Part shown: in pieces, positions 42,513 to 55,328 of the stretch
Position numbering within the stretch: the stretch's first letter is position 1
Layout of the letters: each line of letters starts with the position of its first letter
Assembly: GCF_022539665.2 (NCBI RefSeq)
Contig: NC_081333.1
Coordinates: forward strand, 2,356,001-2,420,000
Direction: 5' to 3'
From: Daphnia carinata
Lineage: Eukaryota
Length of the DNA stretch: 64,000 bases
Notes under the pieces: generated by a model
What the model was told of the DNA's origin: nothing
What the model saw: only the letters and a program-made list of their open reading frames with translations
Database searches by the model: none
Position numbers and translations under genes: made by a program

Positions 42513-42967
42513 TTTGGCCTAACGAAACAAAACCACAACAGTTAGTTCCCTGAAGGCTAATTAGAAATAAATGTTTCAATGAACACCAGGAGGAAAAAGA
42601 AATCAGAAAACTCACCTATTGGTAAAACGAGCTATTGGCTTCGTTTGTAAATGTTACGAATAGCGGAGCGATTTGTGCTTCGACGTTAACGAACTTTAAA
42701 CACTGGAACGAAGAGTCTTGCAGTTTTCGAAGCTTGCCACTGTAATGGTTGTTATTGTTATTGGTTTCGATCATGTTTCGTTTCCAGAAAATAAGTGGAA
42801 GAAAAACATTTGGTTTTGAAACCCTATCACGTCAGTTCACTTAAATTTTTTTTTTTTTTTTTTACTGAGCGTTTAGAATTTCTATAATGGACAGGAGCAA
42901 ATACAGCACCGGTACACCTGGCACGAGTATTGAACAAAGTCTGAAGCCGAAGGTAAGCTACGTCTCC

Positions 42968-43069
42968 TTTATATATGCCTCTTAACGGCTATATGGTCGT
43001 TGGGAAAAGAAACGGATTGTTACATTGCTTCGTGATTGCTGCGCGCGCATTGTAAATTTTCAGAAAATC
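42968..43069 (-). promoter_or_regulatory. RGS-e core promoter: TATATAAA plus TGCGCGCGCA plus TTTCAGAAAATC
   Basis: TATA at 42968-42975 (minus strand), palindrome at 43040-43049, 12-mer at 43058-43069. Confidence 0.6.
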
Positions 43070-45469
43070 TCACCGTGGTTACTATGTGGGTGCCTTATGT
43101 TTCACCGTGAATACAACTTTAATTAAAAACGAGCAAACAGCCAAAACAAAAAGCCGTGTAGCCTATTCGCCTACACGTTTTGTCTTTCACTCGAGGATTT
43201 TATTCAATAAATTAGTATACCAACCGGGTAAATTGTAAACAACATCTCTGAAGCGACGGGACATGCGCCAATCGTCCGCACGGGCAGGTTTCTATGCGTG
43301 AGCCACACACGTGATGCTGTGTCCCGTGTCCGATAGCATATGATGCCTCTCGTGATTTTATCCTCGCAGGGTCAATGTTTTAATTCCTCATGCAAAATAC
43401 CTTGATGAATAATTGAATTTTATGATATTACACATGTGATCACAATTTCCCTGTTGAACAAAGATCACGTCCTAAAATTGTATTGTTATTGAGATTATGG
43501 TTAAAGTGTATGACAAAACGTGAAGCATCTGTCAATGTCGAAAAAGAATCGGTTGTCGCAGATCACTGGCAGTCACCAGGACAAATGTCAACATCTATTC
43601 ATCTTATTGGTATTGATCAATCTCCAATTGAAATTGCTACCTTTCTTTTTCTCGTGCAACGCTGAGTTGGCAAGCCAAAGTCAAACAAGACCAAGTTTCC
43701 TCCGAAATCGGGGGGGAAAAAAATGCTCGTGTCATGTTGAAATGACAAGAAGCATCTCCAGGGTGCCAAGTCCCGGTCGTTGTCACGCAATATGCATCGT
43801 CTCTGGATAAGGATATGAAAGGGCAACCGTGCGGATGCTTTAATGTATTTCTTGGAGAAGATCACAACACCAGAAAAACTCAATAAGCATGTTTCACTCA
43901 AAGTGAGCAATGCAAATTCAAAATCAGCAAGTTTTGCTCTCTAGTTGCACCATGTTGCGTATAAGAGGGCACCCCTGAAAAACGAGTGATCATGTTTTTG
44001 AAATACATTAGATATCTACGCAACTAGGAACCTGGGGTCCTTAGACGAGGGCAAAATGAAATATAACCTCTTATCCTTTTAAGGCAATTCCTAATAGGCA
44101 TCCGTATTGACTGTGGAAGATCACTGTGCCTCTTGACCAGCCAGAAATTCAATACATGCGAAGTAAAAGAGATTCTTTCCTTAAAATAAATTTAACTAAA
44201 TAATGCAGTAAAATGTCGAGTATCGATTCAATAGGACTGTAGCATCGGGAAAGCCAAATTTCATAGTCTGATGTCACAATGAAACTGGCAAATTCATATA
44301 CTGGAAGGCGAAATCATAAAACACTAGCAACAACAGAAACGGGCATAATGCAGCACCTTTAAGGCTTTAACCTTTTGTCTTGATGTTTGCACATTATGCA
44401 AAGCAAACAGCAACCAAGTCGACATGGTTATTACATCTCGCACGATTGCACATTGCAAGCCTTCCAGCCATTCCACTTGACATTCGTGAAAGAGAAGCAT
44501 GAAATACAAAGCGAAAACGAGATCGAGGTTGTCATGTAAACGTGATTTTTAAACAAACAAGTGCATTGTCGATGTGGGTTTTCTTCTATTTGGTATCTCG
44601 GTGCTACGACGAACACATCACGTTCTATCACCAACATGGATACCAAATAAATCAAACCAGATTAACGATTTAAAGTTTGGCTCATATTCAACTTACGGTT
44701 TACGTGGAATAAAGAAACTCGACAAGAAACTCAATGAGTTCTTCGTAACCGTAAAGTTTACTTTGCACAGTTAAAAAACAAACAGAAAGGGGAGCAAATT
44801 AGTGTATACGTGTGCCGCCAGTTACAGACTACTTCGGTCGGGATTTTCTCTTTCCCCAGATTTATCGCGAAAAATTGCCTCTTGTTACTGACGTCATCAG
44901 GTTTTCATAGTGTCAGAAAAATTTCACGTTAAAAGGAAACAAAAGAAGAAAAAAATAAGAAAATGAAACGAAAGAAAAAAAGAAGGGAAGCGGCCATGAT
45001 GGATTTTTGATCACCCCTCCCCTCACTTTGATGGACTGGCGGAATCTCCTATCTAAATGACAGCTTCTCAGACCTTTCAAAAAAAGAGGTGTGGATATAA
45101 AAAAAAAAAGTTCTAATGGGATAAGCGACTGAACAGGTTATCGAGGTTTTGAAAACTATACCCATAAAAGAAAACTAAAACCATTTCGAATGGTTACCGT
45201 ACTTTCAACTACCAAAGAAAGTCGTGTTAAAATAGAATTTTACTTTTCTTACATTAGTCGCGTACTGAGGCAAACAGGAAAAGAAAATACGGGCTAATTT
45301 ATGGTTTGGATCTATCGAAAATCACATTCGATTTGCTCACCCCATTCATTCATACGTTGCTGACTATCAAATTTTTAATTAGTGGACCTATTTAATACTT
45401 ACATGATGTCATCCGAAAATAAAAGTTCGGTAAATAATGTGATTTCTGCTAACAAGTGCCATAAAAAGA

Positions 45470-45540
45470 CAAAACGGGTATGATTCGAACCCGTAGAAGC
45501 AGAATGGCATACCAAGACCTATAGCACAGTGCCAAGCTGT
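45470..45540 (-). pseudogene. Degenerate tRNA-like / SINE-head sequence
   Basis: B-box GGTTCGAATC with an A-box-like TGGCACTGTGC about 44 nt upstream. The stems do not pair. Confidence 0.3.
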
Positions 45541-45608
45541 ACAGTTTATATATATATTTACCTGTAGTTCAGACACGTCACTACTGAAGAAAAATTTGGT
45601 AGGGATCT

Positions 45609-45680
45609 TTAGTCCTGGCCCAGTGGTTATAGTCCTACCCTTGTAATATGTCGCTCCGTGTTCGATTCCCAACACCTCCA
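45609..45680 (+). pseudogene. Degenerate tRNA-like / SINE-head sequence
   Basis: A-box TGGCCCAGTGG (45616-45626) and B-box GTTCGATTCC (45660-45669) at tRNA spacing. The cloverleaf stems are broken. Confidence 0.45.
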
Positions 45681-46250
45681 ATTTTCCACACCCCTCCCTC
45701 CATGCTCTCCGACCCCGACCCCCTCCCTCCTTCCCTTTATCACATCGTTCTTCGCTAGGGAAAACTCACATCGCATCGGACAACCTCACCATCGTTCTAC
45801 TCTCAACAACGTCAACCCATCTGTGCAGAAAAAAAAACCCAACAACACCAAGGACTACGTTGGATATGCTTCAGTCGCCATGCCTTACAATAAAAGGCAC
45901 AGCTAGCTAAAATAACACGCAGGCACTATCACACTACAAAAAACAACACTACACGTATGACACCTACACAACAATACGACACGTATACAGACGCTTTCTT
46001 CTCGATCTGTAGTACCGTTTACTACATCGTGTAAGCCCGTAGGATGTTGGTTAATCTTCCGCTTCCAACAAGGTGGGGGAGGCAGCTAATAATCGAGCCA
46101 TGATCCGCTTCATAACCCGCGTATCTTTTTCTGTAAAACAATAAATAAATATGTAGAGTCCAAGTAATTTTTTTAGACATCTTTACTAACAGAGAAACTA
46201 TCATCTACCCACAGGAAACATATTCGATCCACAAAATATAATCTTTCAGA

Positions 46251-46268
46251 GGGGGGGGGGGGGGGGGG
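46251..46268 (+). repeat. Poly-G tract (18 nt)
   Basis: Directly visible homopolymer. Confidence 0.9.
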
Positions 46269-47258
46269 AAAAAGAATTCGCTGGCAGATAGATGAATAGC
46301 CGATGAAAAAAATTTGGCTTGGCATCCAACATACTGTGACGGATCTAGACGACGTAATCTTTTTTATGTAAGACGAGATGGGGGAAGAGGTCTACGCTAG
46401 AGGCTTACGGCCATCCAGCTTTACTATTATCGTTGACATTTCGCGAGAGAATGCAATTCGGTAGTCCTAGATTGATTTTTGCTGTGAACGGTGAACGTCT
46501 ATCGGAATGGGGCATGTGACTAGCCGTCTCACGTGGCCAATACTTACGCCATTATGTTATAGATTTTTTCTTATTTCAAATGTATTTCGTGGGATAAGAA
46601 AAACGGAATCCTTTTTCATGCCCGGACCAATTTAATTTAGAAAGGCATTCACAGGATCTTATTGGCTCCAAGAAAACGAGATCAAAGGTCTTCCTTCCCC
46701 CCTCCCTGTTTATGTACCCTCTGTAGTTGACGCAGCACCACAATGTCATGCCAATGTTACTAAGGACGGAAGTCGAGGCAAAAAGAAAAATGATGTTTAC
46801 AAGGCTGTCAAACGAGAAAAATGCGATACAGAAGGTTTCAGTTAACTTGAGACGTTCTGCCAATAGACTTTGATAAACAAGAAACTGAAAGCCTAACTCT
46901 TTGTGAAATGCGGAATAATTAAAAGATACCATTTCAGCTGATGAGCTTACTGAATGCCTCGAGTTCATTGGCCCTTCTAGTACAAACCCTACAGAATGGG
47001 TTTCGAATAGCATCTATTGATCATACAGTCATAGATTTATTCGCTTGCTATGTGTTTTCTGTAGAACGGACCTGTGGAGTACGGACATTGACTCAAGTGC
47101 GTTAACATTAGCCAGCAGAGATATCAAATTTCACCAAAATCGATCGACAGACTTAAACGTTAATTAAAGATCGAAAAGGTTGTTGCCCTCCTGCCCGTCT
47201 TCTATTTGAAACGCAATTCGAATGACTTATACGTTAATTTTTCGCTATTGGTTGCTTC

Positions 47259-50135
47259 CTATTGGCTGCCGTGATTCATGCAATGCTGCGTAGTACTATG
47301 TAAACAAATTTCAAAAGAGATTGTGTTACCTGTAGCGTAGGTTCTCCAACATTCCCAAATGTTTGAAATAGATGGTTGTGAGAAACGTGTCCGTTGGACT
47401 CGTGCACAAAGAGTCACGTCCGTCCTTTTCTTCAGTAATAGGCAGTTCCATCGGAAGGCAGTGGAGAATTCGATTATCAGAACGATGCATCCATATGATC
47501 TTATCTCTTGACAAATCCGCGGGAAATAGCCCATCTAGATTGGAGACAACTCAGCCGTAGCAAGAAGTATGCGTCGCCATTAAGGAGGAAGTCAACAGTT
47601 GGCAACTGAGCGTGATGTTTTATCTAATGATTTTGGATTTCAAACGAATCCCATCGCGTAGCAACCTAGCAACTAGGGGGTAGACACATTAAACCTGAAA
47701 CTCTAAGGTTAGTCTCGCATGAATAACAAAAGCTTACCATGCCAACTGGGCGTGATTGGCTACATAGAATCTAGAAAGGCACCTTGCTTTTCATCCTTAA
47801 GCACAGTTGGGTTCGACGTTGAAGTAAACAGTCAAGAGTATTAGACATATTCTGTGTTTGGCATGCACAAGAGCATTTTCTAACCCAACCGACAGTTCTA
47901 TTCGACAGTCTCCGAACGGGAGTTACGACGAATTTCAAATAGTCGATCTAGGGCAATTGATATAAGCACCGTGGAAACGTGGGTACCCTAGTGTACCCAT
48001 CCTAGAGTAGCATAAAATTTAGGTTTAAAATATTAGTATTTGTTATTCCTGAAATGATTTGTTTTACGATTTACCTGCAGCCATAACGTAAAACGAAATC
48101 GAAGTAGAATTTGCTTGGCATCTTATCGGGCCAAGAACCCACTTTAGCATACTGCACCCTACTGATCGTTTCAACAAGAAAATATAATACTGGTTATGTA
48201 ACTTAGCCTAATTAAACAATACGACAAACGACATTCATCTACTCGGCTCTGAAAATCGCATTGAAGTCTGGTTGAAAGAATACTTGCTTTCACGAGTTAT
48301 TACAAGTTGGCCAGCAGTATCTGAGTGACTCCACTTTCAAATTGAATAGTACACAGTGAATGTGTGCGGTCATCACAGTGTAAGGCTGAATCCATAGAAC
48401 TACCATTCTGACATAATGTGCGTCCCGTGAAAGGATGCCAATGAAGCAAAGGGTATAATCTGTGGTATCCTTGACATGATTTTAATTAAATAATGTTCCT
48501 GTAGTTGGGCCGTTCTGTGGCTGTACCTGAGGGATGGGGGATGGTTTTCGGTTTTTTAACGGGCGATTATTCTCGAAAGATGAGAGCTTTTCTTCCAACC
48601 TCACTTTATCATGCACAGTTGGTTTCTAGAGGATAAATGATCTTCCCTTGGAGATAACCCCTAATGCGATAAACCTAGATGTCATCCGACGTGTATGCAA
48701 TAGGGATGATAACCATATCCTGAAAAAAAATTATTCATGTTACACTCAGCAGGCAACATATTGCAAAAGACTTGTTCTTTGTGATTTAAAAAATTAATTG
48801 CGTGGCATAGAAGCACGACATGCTGGGAATATTGAAATGTTATCAATTACTGTCAATCTGTTAACTTTGATGAAAATAACTAAGTAATTACAGGATTATT
48901 TCGATGTCTTACTTAAAAGCTAAAATCGCAAATCATTGTACAGTACATCTAGTGGACGACGAATCTCGAATTCATGTTGATTATTGTTCTGAGAATTCGT
49001 ATTGACGTCATCAACCTAGAGTTGTCATGGACAGGGCACGGTGGCTGTCTACACAAAAATTTCTCCCATTCTTAATCCCGAAGTTGTTGGTAATAATAAA
49101 AAAAAAATGTTCTATCGTACTTAACTTGGCCAAACGGTACCACTTGTAATAAACGTGAACAGCAGGAGGTACAAACTGTTCGTAAAGGAAAGGAAATATG
49201 TGACTCCACGTTTGCGTCATTGCGGTTAGTTACTAGAAAGGGTCCTTAATTTTTTTTTCAGAAATCCTTTAGGTCTAACGAAAAAAATCGTCGTACTGTT
49301 TGACTATCGAACTTTTCTCTACAATGTATGCCCGAGAAATCTAGCGATCACAGTGTTAACTATAAGAAACCATCTTTTGGCTCAATGATGCAACTTACAG
49401 TTTTGAACGATGGAATGGCAGTTTCATGCTGGCAGTGTAATCGTGGCGTAGGATGTGTAAGGTGGAGGACGTCGTTTGGGACGTGGCAGTGGGGGATGTT
49501 CTCGAAGGGTGACCCCATACAGCCTGTAGAAGACGCAATGAACCATGTAGATCATTGAGTTCTTTCAACTGTAAATGAGATAAATGATATTGACTGCAAT
49601 ACAAGAAAAAAGCACAGAGGAAAAATGGGCATTAACATAACGAGTACAAGAAACTTACGACATGGGTTACTTTGGCTGCGATCGGTGGAGAAAGTTTGCA
49701 GGTTGATTTACAACTTGACAACCATTAATAATGGAATAATCCTTTCCAGAAAACTATTTTTGGAAGAAATCAAAGAGTTTAGTTAAAAGGGGGCATTCAT
49801 TCAACGGATGGACGGCCATGCTTGTGGTAGCCATTACGTATGAATTCTCCTCACTTGTACCATAAAATACATTTGCAGCAACATATTGACGAATGCAAAA
49901 AATGGGAAGTTAAGCAGTTGTGCAGTCTTTTCAAGGCCAACATAATTTGAGCTAGCACATGGATAGTCACTTAGAGAATTAGAGATTAATGCAAAAAACA
50001 CAGAATGCAAAATGTACGCATTAATCATGCTGGAGCTAGTTTCGACCGGACGTTCCGGTTTTTTGGCGGCTAAAGGCATCTCGCTTGAAAATGCCTGAGG
50101 ATGTCACTCGGTTGGCATCGATTGGTGCTGCCACC
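47259..50135 (-). pseudogene. Multi-exon ORF-poor unit divergent from POMT1, with weak choline-transporter-like (SLC44) peptide remnants
   Basis: Several paired splice sites (e.g. exons ~49755-49659, ~48719-48527, ~47534-47330), with stops in all frames of the 48.7 kb exon. Peptides ICCCKCILWY..FLERII and GRNFCVDSHRALSM loosely recall SLC44 motifs. Confidence 0.25.
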
Positions 50136-50825
50136 TATGAAAATTGAATCCTTTGGGAGTCAATAAACTTATTGTTCAAGAAAGTAGAAACAAAACAAAA
50201 GTAAAATGATAAGTACAGAATGAGAGATTTACCTAGAAAAACACAAAAATCATTATTTACCTTCGGTCCACCAAGTGATGAAATACAAAATGTTGAATAC
50301 AAATTTTTTATTTGTCTTATGTAATCGTTTATTTGGGCATCGTAATAATAAAAAAATTCTTTAACCGTAATAATGACTCAATTTTTAATTAAAATTCGTA
50401 AATTATAACATTTACGAAAAAATTTGGACGCTTTATTTACATTTGACATTGTGATTTGTGAAGCTGTCGTCTGGCTGACATGAGACTGCAGCCGAGTCTT
50501 AAGTGATGGAAAACATGCCTGCGTGTACTAAAATGGACTGTGATTAACGTGTTTTCCTGAGCAGAAAGTGAGAGCAAATTCCGAAATATTATCAAAAATG
50601 TTAGCTAAGAATATCGACAAAGTCACCCTCAACTAGCTAACACTCCATGCTGACCTCCAGCGAGTGATCGCCGAAGGCGAGTTACCTGTTATAGTTTGAA
50701 TACCGCCAACTCAGCGGCTTATTCTTCAGTACGCGTTTGACGTTGTTTCAGGTGGGTTTTCAGCTAAGTCACTCTTAGCCACAGTATTTTATTGCATCCT
50801 CCACTTGCTTATTAGCTGGAGGAAA

Positions 50826-53800
50826 ATGGGTGACACTGAAGTTAAAAACAGAAAAGTGAATCGCAACAAAAACAAAAATGAAAAAAACAAAGAAATTCCA
50901 AATCCAGCTGTAGATCCAAGAGATGAGGTAAAGGAATGCATATTATTGTGTTATTTACTTAATGAAAGATTTATTTATTGCAATAACATAGTATAATAGT
51001 TGTAAACATAGCAAATGCATTTGTGGTTTCACCATGAACAGCTTCGTGTTCATACTCCGAGTATTGACATGTGTTATGCTGAGTTAACTTTTTGAATTCA
51101 AGACATGGAATGTTATTTCAAAGTTCCCATGCATAACATGTGAGGTAGACTGTAACAAATTTCTGATGTGGAACTTGAATGTACATTAAAACATTTCACT
51201 GCACACAGGGGGTGAATTTGCTTCCTTTACTTCCTGTGTCGTTTTTCATGCGGGTTAGTTTTTGAGTTATCGCTAAGGCAAAAGGGGGATCTTTCTGCTT
51301 CATCTATTTCACGTGTATTTGACGACGTGTACCTACGTGGTTTTGCCATAGATGGCTTTTGCCGTAAGGTGGCTGAACCCTCGTCCTTGGCATGTTGTTT
51401 TCCATCCAGGTAGTTCTCCCATCCCCCTCCAATTCCTATTGCTGCGTAATGCAAAGAAAGAACCAGCCCCTGCATGTCTGCACGTCTCTGAAAGGAAAAG
51501 CATACATTGGCCTTGAAACAACTAAGCTTGTTTTATTTGACACATCTTTTTTTGTTTTATTCTTTTATTTTTCCTGGGACGCACACACGAATAATATTTG
51601 AAATATTCGTCCCAGGTGTCACATTCATACAACTTAATGCCAGCTGCTCTCCTAATCTGCCTTTATTTAATTATTATTTGTACATAAACAGGGCGATGGC
51701 GAATCTACTCCTGAAGCTTTGCCGGAAGAATTAACAGAGGAGCCTATCCTTAAAAAGTCTGTATCTCCAAAGAAGTCTGAGAAAAAACAACGAAATGCTG
51801 GCAAAGTGGGGACTGCAACAGCCGGTCAATCTTTGGCCGATCTGCCCACTCTGTCAGTCACTTGTCACTTTAATTTATTACCAATGATGCTTTTTGTTGT
51901 CGCGTTGGCTACGAGATTCTATGCTCTGGACCAACCCAACAGCATCGTTTTTGACGAGTTGCACTACGGACGTTATGCTGGCCTTTACCAGAAACAGACT
52001 TTCTTCTTTGACTCGCATCCCCCGTTGGGCAAACAACTCTTAGCCCTTGCCGGCTACCTGGGAGGATTTCAAGGTTTGTATAATTTTCATCTCACACAAG
52101 CTTTCTTTCCTCATGATCAAAAACTCTTATTATCATAGTTCAATTGAGAACTGATCCAATACTTTTCATTTTTTTTTTCAATTCGAAATAGACACGTAAT
52201 AACCAACCGGAAGGGATTCAAAGTCCAAAAAAAAGTACTTGACTAGACACGTAGTTCAACTACCTGAAAGAAATAATGTTCAAGGTTTCTAGTAATAGTA
52301 AAAAGCCCCCGAGTAAGATGACTGACGTAAATTATATTTTATTATTACCTTTTTCTTACTCGAGGCCCCGTAGACGAGGTCACACATTTTAATTTTCTAA
52401 TACGTTCGTACTGTTGTTTATTGTGCCCGCTAGCCATAGTAAACAGTGTTCGAAAGAAAGATCTTACCCCAAAATCAAGAAATTCTCAAAAGTATAATAA
52501 GACTGTCGGAGAATGATTGATAGTATCTTGATGACTAAAAAAATGCTATAAAATCACGTTGACAGTTTTATACGTTTCGTTATAATAATAAAAAAAAAGT
52601 ATTTCTTTCGTACAGGTGATTTTAAATTTGATAAAATTGGCTCACCCTACAACTCGAGCGTACCGGTTTTTGCTATGCGGGCCGTCCCTGCTTTGACGGG
52701 CAGCATGCTTATTCCGCTCGTCTACATGATTATGCTTCAACTCAACTATTCGCAATGGACAGCAGCATTGGCAGGATTTCTATTTCTATTTGGTGTGAAC
52801 ATAATTATTAATCAAACTGTGATTTGAGCTTTTTTCGATGCTTACTTGTTGCACTGTTGAATATTTTTCAGACAATGCCCTGCTGACGCAGTCACACTAC
52901 ATGCTAATGGAACCAATCATTCTTTTTTTCGCCATGAGTGGAGTACTTTGCGTGCTGAAATTTCGTGCTCTTGAGCGCAGTGGCAACGCCCAAGCCCATT
53001 CTTATTCTTTACGTTGGTGGGGTTGGCTCCTTTCTGGTGCCATCTTTTTGACTTGTGCCCTATGGTAAAACTCGCGAACAAACATTGAAATGTTGATGGC
53101 GTGATATTTAAACAACCTTTTTTTCTATTTGATTTTCTTTTCTTTTTTGCCAATAGTGTCAAGTACGTCGGAGTGTACTCTTACCTACTGGGATTAGCGC
53201 TTGTTGGCCATGACTTTTGGGAAAAAGTATTAGGGAACTTGTCGCTGACGAAGAAGCAAGTGTTTGGCCACGCCGTTGCACGATTCTTTGCCTTCTTCTT
53301 CGTTCCACTTATGGTCTACATCGGCATTTTCTACGTTCATCTAAGCACACTTATCAATGCTGGACCTCACGACTCGGCAATGTCTTCAGCTTTCCAAGCT
53401 AGCTTGGAGGTATGCAATTTCTTTCTGCTTCCGTTGTTGGATTTGTTTCTATTATTTTCGTCTTAGGGAGGACTCAGCTCTATCGTTCGTGGACAGCCTT
53501 TGGAAGTCGTTCATGGCTCGCAGGTGACTTTGCGACACGCTCACGGCTCACCCTGCTGGCTACACAGTCATGCGGCCAACTATCCTGTCAAGTATGCTGA
53601 CAAGCGTGGTTCCTCCCACCAACAGCAAGTTACATGTTATGTTGCAAAAGATATCAACAACTGGTGGATAGTCAAGCGACCAAACAGGTTTTGATTTAGA
53701 TTGCGATGAGACCGTGTGATATGTTTCGCAGCTGACGGGCCTTTCTTTTATTTTAAGGACTGATCTTGCTGTTGCCGCTCCATTAGACAGAATTTCACAC

Positions 53801-55328
53801 GGCGAAGAAGTCCAACTCGTTCACGGTATCACTGGCCGCAATTTGAACTCGCATAATGTGGCTGCACCTTCTTCTCCCACCAAACAGGTATTGGGATGTC
53901 CTTGAAGGCTTCGATTTAGTTTGCAAAAATGCACGATGATTCTATAACGCCTGAAGCTCAAAAAAGAACTCTTAAACCTCGGTGCTAACCGTTCTTGTTA
54001 TGCAGGAAGTAAGTTGTTACGTGGATCACAACGTGTCAATGCCGGCTCAGGATGTCTGGCGAGTTGAAATTACCAACCGTGAGGAGGTTGGCGACGTCTG
54101 GCATGCTTTGGAATCCATGGTAACCACATTTTTTTTTCTCAATTTCTGCTTTTTCAAATTTCTGTGATATAATGTGGTCTTCATCTTTTTGTTAGGTTCG
54201 ATTGATTCATGTGAACACAAGTGTAGCACTTGCCTTCTCTGGTAGACTGCTACCGGATTGGGGGCACAATCAGCATGAAATTGTCGGTGACGTCATGGTC
54301 AATCAACCCAATACCATTTTCAATGTCGAAGAGCATCGTTACACGCGCAGTAAGTGAATAGTAGTCTTTGATTAAATTTATGAATCGTTGATTAAGATTT
54401 CGTGTTCATCATTCGCAGACGAAGACGAGAAAGATCGTCAACTGGAACTAATGACCACCGACTTTATCCCCCTGGAACCCGTTCAAATGGGATTCTGGGA
54501 AAAGTTTTTGGAACTTCAGATTCGAATGTTGTTCATCTCTAACGAGAATGTACAAAATCACATGTATACATCTAGCCCGTGGGAATGGCTCATCTTGACG
54601 AGAGGCATCGCTTACTGGGTGTCGCCAGAATCCAACGTAATAAAATTCATTTACGACCTTTTTGAATATGTTGATCCCAATATTCTTTATTCGTTCTCGT
54701 AGGCTCAAATTCACTTGTTGGGTAATATCTTTATCTGGTATTCGGCAACTATCGCCCTTGCAGCTTATTGCAGTCTACTCGTCTTCTATCTTTTGAGGCA
54801 ACGTAGACAGTGCTTTGATATCCATGAAGGTAAACAATTTCGATGACATTCGGTAAAACAGAGGTAAAACAAAGCTATCTTGATATTACAGAGGCTTGGA
54901 ACCAATTCCGCACTACTGGGGAGGTGCTTCTCCTTGGCTACGTGTTCCATTTCTTGCCTTACTTTTTCGTGGATCACACGCTCTTCCTCCATCATTACTT
55001 ACCGGCACTAGCCTTCAAGCTCCTTTTGAATGCAGCTCTCGTCGAACATCTGTATTATCTCACCAGGTTAGCTAACTCATGATGCCTGTTTGTTTCACAA
55101 AAATATGTGACCATGTATTTTTATTTTCTTCCAAAAAAAAGGCTTATATTTGCCAAACAGTTCTTCAACTGGATGTGTGTCCTCCTCGTCCTGACGTGGA
55201 TGAGTGGCATTTTAATGGTCTTCAACAAATTTCTTCCGTTATGTTACGGCCTAGGACCTATGAACGCTACCCAAATTCTGGATCTGAAATTGAGAGAAAC
55301 CTGGGACTTTATTGTGCACAAGCCTTAA
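50826..55328 (+). CDS. POMT1: Protein O-mannosyltransferase 1 (rotated abdomen orthologue), 13 coding exons
   Basis: Exons 50826-50927, 51692-52073, 52616-52792, 52872-53064, 53157-53409, 53467-53687, 53758-53887, 54006-54119, 54196-54349, 54419-54636, 54703-54829, 54892-55066, 55142-55328. Motifs: [18 protein letters not shown] (PMT4/POMT1 type), [18 protein letters not shown] repeats ([12 protein letters not shown]), LFLHHYLPA. Confidence 0.93.

Noticed and set aside
50228..50260. AG|GTAAAT juxtaposition resembling a recursive splice site (minus strand)
   Set aside because: The upstream donor is only ~28 nt away, too short for an intron.
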